The translations under genes and the position numbers were made by a program. From positions 166,532,001-166,596,000 of the forward strand of contig OX597815.1 in assembly GCA_951406725.2 (NCBI GenBank): 64,000 bases of DNA, given 5' to 3'. Origin of the DNA: Octopus vulgaris. Taxonomy: Eukaryota. Positions within the stretch are counted from its first letter, which is position 1. Every line of letters starts with the position of its first letter. Under the pieces are notes generated by a model that ran no database searches, was not told the DNA's origin, and worked only from the letters and a program-made list of their open reading frames with translations. Shown here in pieces: positions 25,682-36,296 of this stretch.

Positions 25682-27461
25682 AAATTGCAAGGATGATCCA
25701 GTTCTTGACTGAAGATTAGAGGCTTCGAATGACCTGTCCGTTTTTTTGTATTGTCTATTTGAATGTTTTGCGTTCTTGTCTCATTTATATATATATATAT
25801 ATATATATATGCGTAAACCCTATGCTTAAGTGAGTGTATATAAAGGGAGAAAAATAAATAACTGTAAATGTACTACTGGATTTGATCTGGGTATCTAAGC
25901 TTTAGAGTTTTTTAGCAAGGTGAAGCTTTGTAAATGTGCATAAGTTATTAAAAAAAGAGATCATTGTGCGTTGTTTATAACTTTGTTATGCTGATTGCAG
26001 ATTACCATCTCTTTTGTCTGAAATAAGGGTATCTTGCTATTTGAATCTGCTGAATATAATCAAAAGAACATAAATATTACAAATTGCAAACATTTGTCTA
26101 AGGGAAGTCACTCTGTAAAGAATATTCCAGGAGTTATTTCCCTTGCAACTAAATATTAGCGACGAGTTATGCGTTGTACATTCCCAAATTTCTCCCACGT
26201 TCTCTCCGAACAAATGAATATCACACACATATTTACGATTTATATGAAAAGAAAATAGATAAATAAATAGAATTCTATTTAGAAATTTGAGAAAATACTG
26301 AAATGTTTACTCCTTGTTCTATACAAACAATATGTAATCGTGGTGTCTGTCTCACTCTTGACTGAAAACTGTGATTATTAGAAAGTGTTATATTTGTCGT
26401 CCTCCCACCATTTCTGAATCAAAACTGCTTCAGAGATTACAATCCTTTTCCTAAAATTACTCGGGAGGTAAAAAAAATTTACCTCGGTACATCAATGGAC
26501 TTAATTACAAAAAGATAATTCGTAATACAGCACGTGATGCAGCACGGAATTTTGTCTCAAAGCGACGAAAATTATTTGACAAATTAGATTTATATGCTGA
26601 AGTGAATCTAACGGATTTTGTGTGTTTCTTAAATGGCTTATAAACACCTTCCACGCAGCAATTGAATTCCTAATACGTTTGTTTATTGAATGCGATGAGA
26701 ATTTACGCAGGGGAGATAACTTTTGTGTTTGTGTGAAATATATTTCTTTACTACCCACAATTGGCTAAACACAGGAGACAAACAAGGACAGACAAAGGGA
26801 TTAAGTCGATTACATCGATCCCAGTGCGCAACTGGTACTTAATTTATCGACCCCGGAAGGATGAAAGGCAAAGTCGACCTCGGCGGAATTTGAACTCAGA
26901 AATAGTATACATGCGTGTGCGTTAACGCTTCTTAGCAATCAATTGATTTATATTAAGAGCGGTTAGCATTTTAAAATTTGAAGGCCGTATTGAAGTTAGT
27001 TATAAGTTGAAGAAATATAATTACACTGCTAAACTATACATAAGATTAAAATTATATTTAACATTTATTAGAACGTATTTGTTTTAAAATCAAAATCCTC
27101 AACCAAAATATAGAAAAGAACGGAGGTTCAGAACCAGCATCTTCACTGTAACTTATGTTGCTTTTTTAATTAGACATATACTCGCGCGCCCACAGTATTC
27201 TTTTCTCGATATTCTCTATATTATGAAGTTGGAAATTTTAAAGTACATTTGTCTTTTACCTTTTTTACTCATTGAACTGCGGCAATGCTGGGGCATTCAC
27301 TGCCTTGAATAGTTTATTCGAACAAGTCGAATAAACTGTGTTAGTTTTTCTGAAGCTTGTTTCTTATTCTGTCGTTCGATTTTACGGAACCGCGAAGTTA
27401 TCGGGACGTAAACATAACAATACCACCTGTCAAGCGGCGGTGGAGGACAAACGAACACATC

Positions 27462-27494
<33 letters not shown>

Positions 27495-27820
27495 ACACGT
27501 GCGACGGGGTTCTTTTAGTTGCTATCAAATCCACTCGTAAGGCTTTAGTTAAAGTTCACTTGTTCAAGGTGTCACGCAGTAGGATTGAACCTGCAAACAT
27601 GTAGTTGAGAAGCAAACTTCTTATCACACACCCTGCTGCACCCACAACAATGGAGAATCACATGATTCAGAAATTTCAGTGACTCAACCGAAATGTTAAA
27701 CTGACCATAGAAAGTACAAAATAACATGTTAATTATCTATCAGTTAATCAATCAATCAATCAATATATATAAGCAATAATAAATCTCTGAGCGAGGTTTA
27801 AACACTAGCTGCAACACATC

Positions 27821-28144
27821 GTGAAGTATATTTGTCACTTAAATGTGGCTGACCCCTAAGGGTGGATGCTACTGTAGCTTGTAGCCCCAGGAAGACACCT
27901 CCTCCAGCTGGCTATTGACACACTTTCTGTGCTCTATCAGTATTTGCAAAGGGAAGCCATCCTTCCCGTCTTCAACCTATGATACGCATGGACTCGAGTT
28001 TCTGGGTATTGACCCGTCATCAGAATGATAGGGCACAGAAAGTGTGTCAATAGCCAGTTGGAGGAGGTGTCCTCCTGGGGCTACAAGCTACAGTAGCATC
28101 CAATCTTAGGGGTTAGCCACATTTAAGTGGCAAATATACTTCAC
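27821..28144. repeat. Long fold-back inverted repeat (119-bp arms, 86-nt loop)
   Basis: 27821-27939 versus 28026-28144 gives 7 mismatches in 119 nt by manual alignment. (TA)n follows. Confidence 0.95.
27985..28030 (-). ncRNA. Minimal type I hammerhead ribozyme motif
   Basis: The minus strand reads tatcatt-CTGATGA-c-gggt-caat-accc-a-GAAAC-tcga-GTC-catg. Both catalytic boxes are intact, helix II has 4 bp, helix III is palindromic (ACTCGAGT) and the cleavage triplet is GUC. The closing pairs of helices I and II are mismatched. Confidence 0.7.
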
Positions 28145-28163
28145 TATATATATATGATGCGTG

Positions 28164-28224
<61 letters not shown>

Positions 28225-28783
28225 AATGTTTATTTTTATGTTATAATAAAAATAATTTCAATTTAAACTGAAGGGTTATACTTTTATTGTAGAATACAAA
28301 TTATTCTTTAACAAGCATCACTGGACTGGTCGAAACTTCGAAGTCACAGTCAATGTTGTTATTGTTAAAGAATAATATGAGTTTGTTCGATATCTAGTAA
28401 TATATTTCTTTATTGTCGACAAGGGGCTAAACATAGAAGGGACAAACAAGGACAGACAAAGGGATTAAGTCGATTACATCGACCCCAGTACGAAACTGGT
28501 ACTTTATTTATCGACCCTGAAAGGATGAAAGGCAAAGTCGACCTCAGCGGAATTTGAACTCAGAACGTTACGACAGACGAAATACCGCGGAGCATTTCAT
28601 CCGGCGCGCTAACGTTTCTGCCTGCTCGCCGCCCTTAGTAATATGTAGTAATATATACTCATGTATGTATGTATGTATGTATGCATGCATGCATGTATGT
28701 ATGTATGTATGTATGTATGTGTGTGTGTGTGTGTGTGTGTGTGCGCGTGCGTGCGTGCGTGCGTATGTATGTATGTATGTATG

Positions 28784-29095
28784 TGAAGGCTCGTGGCATA
28801 GAGTTTAAGGTATTCGGCTCAGGATCGTAAGGTCGCGAGTTCGTTTCCCAACGGCGCGTTGTATCTTTGAGCAAGAGACTTTATTTCTCGTGGCTCCAGT
28901 CCACTCAACTGGCAAAAATGAGATGTACCTGTAATTCAAAAAGGCCGGCTTCGTCACATTCTGTCATACCGAATCTACACGTTAAGGGTGTGTGTCTGTG
29001 GCGTGCTCAGCCACTTGCACGTGAATTTTACGAGTAGGCTGTTCTGTTGATCGGAACCACTGGAGCCCTCGTCGTCGTAAGCGAAGGACTGCCAG
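28784..29095 (+). mobile_element. tRNA-derived SINE, family C
   Basis: Head gaaggc(g)cgtggc..aaggtattcggctca..cgtaaggtcgcgagttcg, then gctccagtccactcaactggcaaaaatg and a tail ending ctcgtcgtcgtaa. Homologous to 39883-40245. Confidence 0.8.
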
Positions 29096-29711
29096 TTATG
29101 TATGTATGTATGTATGCATGCATGCATGTATGCATGCATGCAGGCATGCACGCACGTAAAGTAAAATTGTTGTTAGGGCGATGAGCTGGTGGAATCGTTA
29201 GTCGGGGGAAAAAACGCTTAGATGCTTAGCAGCATTTCGTCCGCGTTTACGTTCTGAGTTCAAATTCCACCGAGAACAACTTTACTTTTCATCCTTTCGA
29301 ACACTGGGGTCGATGTAATCGACTAACCCCCTCTCCCCAGATTGCTGCCCTTGTGGCGAAATTTGAAACCATCATTATTATTATTATTATTATTAGCGTC
29401 TGTTCGATACCTATATAGTAACAAACGGTAAATATAAAAGTGTACACAAGATAGTTACTAGCATTGGTCGGTTTCGAAAATTTGTTTCTTTTAAGTATTA
29501 TTGATTACATTTGACATGACACAAGGTCAGTATCTGTGTAGGTGGATGATCCAGTATTTTTTATCCTGCTGATGATTTTAGTCACATAAAAAGAAGTAAA
29601 ACAACGCCGACACTGTTTATGATCAAACTACATATTGCAACGTAATTATCGCCCTACCATTTCTCGTAATCTATATTATTATTATTATTATTATTGTTGT
29701 TGTTGTTATTT

Positions 29712-29950
29712 AGGCGGTGAGCTGGCAGAATCGTTAGTGCACCGGACGAAATGCTCAAGCGGTATTTCATCTGCCGCTACGTTCTGAGTTCAAATTCCGC
29801 CGAGGTGGACTTTGCTTTTCATCCTTTCGGGATCGATTAAATAAGTACCAGTTACGCACTGGGATCGATATAATCGACTTAATCTGTTTGTCTGTCCTTG
29901 TTTGTCCCCTCTGTGTTTAGCCCCTTGTGGGTAGTAAAGAAATAGGTATT
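29712..29950 (+). mobile_element. tRNA-derived SINE, family B
   Basis: ggcggtgagctggcagaatcgttag..acgttctgagttcaaattccgccgaggt(c)gactttgc..taagtaccagt..gtcgatgtaatcgact. Other copies lie near 1767-1985, 7465-7675, 18168-18385, 20675-20815, 26740-26900(-), 28405-28635(-), 52900-53040, 54485-54600, 57590-57780, 62040-62250(-) and 62435-62645(-). Confidence 0.85.
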
Positions 29951-30633
29951 TCGCTTGTCTTCGTGTTCTGATTTCAAATGCCACCGGGGTCAACTTTGCC
30001 TTTCTTCGTACCAGTTATGTAATTGATGTAATTGGTTGATGTAATTAGCTGGTCCAATCCCCCAAATTTCAGGCCTTAAGTCTATACTAGAAAGGGTTAT
30101 TATTTCTTTCGTTCTGAATTAAAATACTGCCGGGGTCAATTTCGCCTTTCATATCTCCCAGAGTCGATAAAACATGGCATCGTTCAAAGTGGGGACGATT
30201 TAATCGAATTACAAACACCTCTTTCCTCAAAATTGTTGACCTTGTACCGGAATCAGAAACCATTATTAAAGGCGACGCTGGTAGAATCGTCTGAGCATCA
30301 GAAAAAAAAAATGCTTTGCGAAATTTACTCCCTTTCTTTATATTCTGGTTTCAAAATTCGCCAAAGTGAGCTTTGCTTTTCTTTCTTTTGATCAGATAAA
30401 ATAAAGTAGCAGTTACAAACTAGAGTTGATGCAATCGACTAACCCACTTCCCTCAAAATTGCTGGCCTTGTGCCAAAATTTGAAACAATTATTAAAACGG
30501 TGGTGCGCATCGAACAAAATGCTGAGCGGCATTTCTTCCGGCTCTTTACGTTCTGAGTTCAAGCTTTGCGGTCGATGTAACCGACCTGTCCTGTCATAAC
30601 AAAATTGCTGGCCTTGTACCAAAATTTGAAGCA

Positions 30634-30675
<42 letters not shown>

Positions 30676-31141
30676 GAGTGAGAGAGCAGTGCATGCCATC
30701 AAAGTGACACTGGGGTAAAATATACGAAGCCCAGTATACCCATCATGACTACCCGTCTGATAAGGGTACACCAGGCACATGCATCACAACCATATGTGCA
30801 CGACATGGTGATCTCATATCAAAATAAACAGCGCATGACCTTGCAGGTGGGGCCCAGTTAGAATTTTCTTCTGGTCGAGTAGCCTATCCCGCTCAAAGGG
30901 TTCCTGAATAAGGATTGTTTAAGGATGTTCAACGAACCACCCACGTTTACAAAGGTGAATTATCCAAACCTCTAAGATTTCCTTTCAACACACGGCTATG
31001 ATGCTCCCCCACTACTTCTGGTCGTGATCAGAGATGCACATATCGTCAGCCACTAAGGGACATGCTCAACTGGTTAAGATCAAACAACTGACAAGCAAAT
31101 CTGTGGTATTGAGCAGAATATTTGCTGTAGCCCATCTTTTA
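30676..31141 (-). mobile_element. Interspersed-repeat-like insert in (ATT)n, probably a LINE 3' UTR with an (AAT)n tail
   Basis: A GC-richer 465-bp block bounded by an (ATT)14 tract on the left and ATT-rich sequence on the right. It has no recognisable ORF and the family is not assigned. Confidence 0.4.
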
Positions 31142-31165
31142 TTTATTTATTAATTATTATTATTA

Positions 31166-31722
31166 GTGAAGATTGCCCCGCCGACCTCCTTTAACAAGGA
31201 GGGCGAGGCCGTTTTCTTGTGCCTAGTGGCTGTGGCGAAAGAGGTCGTGTAGTGGACTCGTTTGAAAGGGCTAAAGACAGACACTTTCCTCTTTGGTCAA
31301 GGCCTCATCAACTTTTTCAAGTTTCACTTGAAAAGGAAGATGAGGTTAGAGAGGAAAGTGCTGTCCGATAGCAAGTTTTATGAAAGGTGGGTGAATTGTG
31401 CGAGACTGGCCTGTATAAATGGACCAGTTCTCAGGTTTCGCCTGTGATTTCAAAAAGGTAATGCAAAAGGAGAAAAAAAAGGGGACTCTCTACACCCCTT
31501 TTTTTGACCAGGTTCCCGTTGGCTTTTGTAGGGTTTTTCCACCAGGAACCTTTCGAAACGTCTCCCCCTTTTGGGAGTTTTTCATTGTTGAATTTTATAA
31601 GTTGTTATAAAGATTTTTACTCGATGTTTTTCAAAAACGGCAAAACCCTTTGTAACCTTTCGTCCGGTCTTGTCCCTTTATGTAATCATGCGTGTCAGCC
31701 CTTGTGGCCAATAAAAAAGAAT
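31166..31722 (+). mobile_element. L1/Tx1-clade LINE 3' fragment inserted in (ATT)n
   Basis: The frame from 31166 reads VKIAPPTSFNKEGEAVFLCLVAVAKEVV*WTRLKGLKTDTFLFGQGLINFFKFHLKRKMRLERKVLSDSKFYERWVN, resembling the Tx1/L1 ORF2 C-terminus (AK..(I/V)W..R ... F..RW). The 3' UTR ends in aataaaaaagaa. (ATT)n flanks both sides. Confidence 0.65.
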
Positions 31723-32470
31723 TGATTATTATTATTATTATTTAAAAGCCAGTGCGCGTCGGACAAAATGCTGAATACCGTTTCTTCCGGCTTTTTACGT
31801 TGTGAGTTCGGGCTGTACGGTCGATATAACCGACCTGTTTCTCTCTCTATAAAATTGCTGGCCTTGTGTCAGAATTTGAAATCACTATTAAAAAAAAAAC
31901 TGGCTGATTCGTTAGCATGTCGGACAAAATGCCTAGCGGCATTTCATTCGGCTCGTTACCTTCTTAGTTCAAATACCACTGATGTTCAACTTTGCCATTT
32001 ATCCTTTGGCATGTATGTGTGTACGAGGTGGGGGTTGATGTAATCGGCTTACTACTCCCCCCCCCCTCAGAATTCCTAGCCTTGTACCAAATTTAGAAAG
32101 AATTATTATTATTATTGTTGTTGTTGTTATTATTATTATTAATGCTTAATATGTGCTATATCATTGCATGGTATGATATGGCGCCGTAAGATATGGCGTG
32201 ATATTATGGTGTGGTTCTTCTGTTCCGTCTAGAATCATGTGGTTTATAACACTGTCTTGTGTAAGCAAACATGTCAACATTTGAAAAAAATCTAGCAACA
32301 AACACCCACTTGGAGAATACGGATGATCAACTTCAACTTGGAGGGAAACAGTTATGCAATTTTCACTATAATTTTTTCTTCTTCTGTAGTCTTCTAAAAA
32401 TTCTAAATTAATTTTCTGCTTGAAATCATTGAATTTGTTTTAATGTATTAATTTCTATTTATTTCAGCAG

Positions 32471-32519
32471 AAAAATTTATTCCGAAGTGAATTTATTTAC
32501 AGAATGTTTCTTCATCATT
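32471..32519 (+). other. Candidate ~50-nt exon with NAGNAG acceptor
   Basis: ttaatttctatttatttcagcag| ... catcatt|gtaagtaa. Confidence 0.35.
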
Positions 32520-32624
32520 GTAAGTAATTATTCGATTTTCGTTTTTTTTCTTCTTTTTTATTTCGTCCTGCACGCAGTTGTTTTTTTTTTAATTGATACT
32601 TAATCTTGAATCGACTTCTATTAC

Positions 32625-32679
<55 letters not shown>

Positions 32680-33044
32680 TCTCTATTTCTTTTCTCTTTC
32701 TCTCTATGTATGTATGTATGTATGTATGTATATGTGTGTGTGTGTGTATCAATCAGTATTGCCGCAGCTCTGGGCTGAAACTACAAAAAAAAAAAAAAAG
32801 CGATGGGCTTCTTTCAGTTTCTGTCTGCCAAATCCACTCACAAGGCTTTACTCGGCCCGTGGCTATAGCAGATGACACTTGCCCAAGTGGGACTGAACCT
32901 AGAACCCTGCCGTTGGGAAGCAAACTTCTTCACGCTTGCACCAGGCAAATAAATAAATAAAATAAAATAAAATTAAAAGAAAAAAAAAACGATAAGATTG
33001 AACCGAAACCGTTACAATTGCATGAAACACACACACACCGTCCT

Positions 33045-33072
33045 TCTCTGTCTGTTTGTCTGTCTCTCTCTT

Positions 33073-33105
<33 letters not shown>

Positions 33106-33109
33106 CTCA

Positions 33110-33185
<76 letters not shown>

Positions 33186-33445
33186 GAGACAGAGAGAGAG
33201 AGAGCCTACCCAGCCGTCTGTTGAGCTTTCATCTTCAGAATTAGAAAGTATGACGAAAACTAAAACGCAATCAATTTCTTTCTTTCTCTATTTCTTTCTT
33301 TCTTTCTTTCTTTCCTACCTTTCTTTCCTTCCTTCCTTCTTTCCTTCCTTCCTTCTTTCTTTCCTTCCTTCTTTCCTTCCTACCTTCTTTCTTTCCTACC
33401 TTCTTTCTTTCCTTCCTTCCTTCTTTCTTTCCTACCTTCTTTCCT

Positions 33446-33485
<40 letters not shown>

Positions 33486-33512
33486 ACCTTCTTTCTTTCC
33501 TTCCTTCTTTCT
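33045..33512. repeat. Compound microsatellite: (CT)n(CA)n(GA)n, then a ~235-bp polypyrimidine (CTTT/CCTT)n tract
   Basis: Directly visible. Confidence 0.95.
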
Positions 33513-33699
33513 TGCGGAGATATATAATAAAGTTGAACGATTGAATCACCTCTCCCCCCCAGTATAGTATAGGTACATACTGGTTTCATTTATCCCGTCT
33601 GTCTGTACCCTCCTCCCGCCTACCTTACTCTAATGAAAATTGATGCTTATAGAGAACTCTGTGTTCGCGCGCGTGTATTTTTGGGGTGAGATGCGGGTA

Positions 33700-34575
33700 T
33701 TAGAAGTTCCCGACTACATGGCTTCGGGTTCAGTGCCACTGTGTGGCACCTTGGACAAGCGTCTGTACCGACCAAAGCCTTGTGACTGGATTTACTTGAT
33801 GGAAACTGAAAGAAGCCCATCGTGTGTGTGTTTGGGGGTGGATTTTAGAAGTTTGCTTCACAATCAGATGTTTCCAGGTTCAGTCCCCCTGTGTGGCACC
33901 TTGGACAAGCGTCTTCCACAGTAGCCCCGTACCGACCAAAGCCTTGTGAATGGATTTACTTGATGGAAACTGAAAGAAGCCCATCGTGTGTGTGTTTGGG
34001 GGTGGATTTTGGAAGTTTGCTTCACAATCACATGGTTCCAGGTTCAGTCCCCCTGTGTGGCACCTTGGACAAGCGCCTTCTACAGTAGCCCCGTACCGAC
34101 CAAAGCCTTCTGAGTGGATTTGCTAGATGGAAAATGAAAGAAGCCCATCGTATTTGTGTATGTGTGTTTGGAGGTGGATTTTAGAAGTTCGCTTCACAAT
34201 CACATGGTTCTAGGTTCAGTCCTACTATGTGGTACCTTGGGCAAGCGTCTTCTACAATAAAGTGTCGGACCGATCAAAACCTTGTGGGTGGATATGGTAG
34301 ATGGAAACTAAAAGAAGCCCGTCGTGTGTGTGTGTGTGCGCGTTTGTCCCCACGCCACTGTTTGACAGCCCCTGTTGGTTTGTTTTCGTGTCTGTAAGGT
34401 AGCGGTTCGGCAAAAGATACAATTGGATAAGTACCGGGGGGCTTAAAAAAATTAAGTACTGGTGAGGGTGGGGGGAAATCGATGCGTTCGACTAAAAAAA
34501 AAAAAAAACCCTTCTAGGCGGTGCCCCAGTATGGCATGGCCACAGTCTCCAATGACCGAAACAAGTGAAAGATAA
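33700..34575 (+). repeat. Tandem array of four SINE-A head units (about 135-170 bp) followed by one SINE body
   Basis: The unit tagaagtt(t)gcttcacaatca..ggttcagtcccc..gtgtggcaccttggacaagcg..gaccaaagccttgtga..gatggaaactgaaagaagcccatcgtgtgtg recurs at about 33700, 33846, 34010 and 34182. The body (34340-34575) occurs once. Confidence 0.85.
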
Positions 34576-35966
34576 AAAAAAACTAAATTTTCCGATGACT
34601 CAACGTTGAAGAGGGATTTTAGTAAATAAATAATTTGCAGCCCTTGCATAGCCTGTTGTTTATTTTACTTCATCGCCCCTTTTGTTTACAATTTGCATTT
34701 GTGGGTGGGTGGGTGTGTACGAGGGAGAGACAGACAGACAAACAGACAGACCGTCAGCGTGTGTGTGATTGAATGCGTGTCTGGTAACTTATATTTTTAA
34801 TGTATATATTTTTTTTAATATTTCCATTTAAGCCAACTTTACGTATTTATGAATAAATGAATGAATAATTGAGTAACTAAAATAATTTACTATATATATA
34901 TATTTTTTTGTTATATTTTAAACCCCCATCCTCTTTTTCCAAAAAGAACCATAATTATTTTATCTCTTTTTTTTCTGCTTTTTTTTTCTTCTTTTTTTTC
35001 TGCTTTTTTTTTTCCTACTTTTTTTTTTTTTCATTTAAAGTTTTAATATCACATCCGCAAATATCACTTTGCGTTTATAGATTTTTGGTTCATTTCACAG
35101 GGATACTTTATTCTCCCCCGAAATTGCACACGAGCTATTTGGCAATTGGTAACCCTTGATTAAAACGAAGGGGACCCGACTGCCCGACTGTGCCATCATG
35201 TTAATTAATGAAGCGTATGAAGACCTTCTGTCTAGAGAGAAAAGGGCGAGACAGAAGAGATAGTTTTTATTTTTATTTTTGGCGGGTTGGTGGTGGTGGT
35301 GGTCGTGGTTGGGGAGAGGGGCACCTTGTGCCAGCTGTCCACATTCAAACCTGACTGACTCCGATAAATGCATCCCTATATTTACGTATGACTTGTCAAT
35401 ACCGGAAATGATGTTGGCGTTATTGCTTGTTTTATAGACTTGTGTGGGTGTGCTTTTTTGACTCTGTGTGTGTGTTATGTACATACATATGTTCGTATAT
35501 TTATATATGTATGTATATATGTATGAATATGAGAGGAAGCTGAGTTGGTTTGCATTGTCTTGTCGTTTGCGTGAGTGTGCTACGAGAGGTGATACACCGT
35601 ACGCAACAACGCATCCCTGTACAAGTGTCATTGCTGTAAAATATCTGATATTCTCCTGTAACGTTGTTACTTTTTTATCGTTATTATTACTTCTCCATGG
35701 ATGTGGAAAACGCGTGTGTGCCTTAAAAGCCTGTTTTTTTTTCTTGTTTTATTTCTGCCCGCATTAAAACATAAATTGTATGAATGAGGTGCTACATAAG
35801 AATTCAGAATGAATCACTGAATTTATGTCCCAACGCTTTTATTATATATGCATATAGTTCATCTTTATTCATTGAACATTTTTTTTAAATCATGGGATTA
35901 AAATATTATGATTTTTATATCGTTGTAATATATTATAATGTACCATAGCATATTCTCAACAGTTAG

Positions 35967-36025
<59 letters not shown>

Positions 36026-36255
36026 TTATTTGAGGGAATAAAATCCAAACTTACAAGGAAAAAAATTAGAAATACCAAATCAAATTCCACACAATATAAT
36101 ATATATATAAAATATTAGAAAAAAAACTACCTTTTATCAATTCAAAATGAATAATTAAATTACACAATCTAGAAAATTACATATAATAGAAAAGTTAAAA
36201 TTAAAAAAAGTAAAAGATTAAGTAAATAACAAAAACAATATAATGTATATAATGG

Positions 36256-36296
<41 letters not shown>

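Larger units (their letters stand above)
29176..32105 (+). repeat. Cluster of about 8 same-orientation SINE-B copies or fragments separated by (ATT)n tracts
   Basis: SINE-B segments start near 29176, 29712, 29960, 30110, 30270, 30498, 31750 and 31900. Most end in aaatttgaaac followed by (att)n. Confidence 0.8.

Noticed and set aside
25705-25742. CTGAAGA...GAAT...GTC between (TA)n tracts
   Set aside because: The GAAA box is broken and I could not form the helices. It is at best a very decayed PLE end.
29569-29600. CTGATGA as a hammerhead core
   Set aside because: There is no downstream helix II/GAAA box at suitable spacing.
33700-34335. CRISPR-like regularly spaced repeats
   Set aside because: The units are whole SINE heads with no unique spacers, the context is eukaryotic and there are no cas genes.
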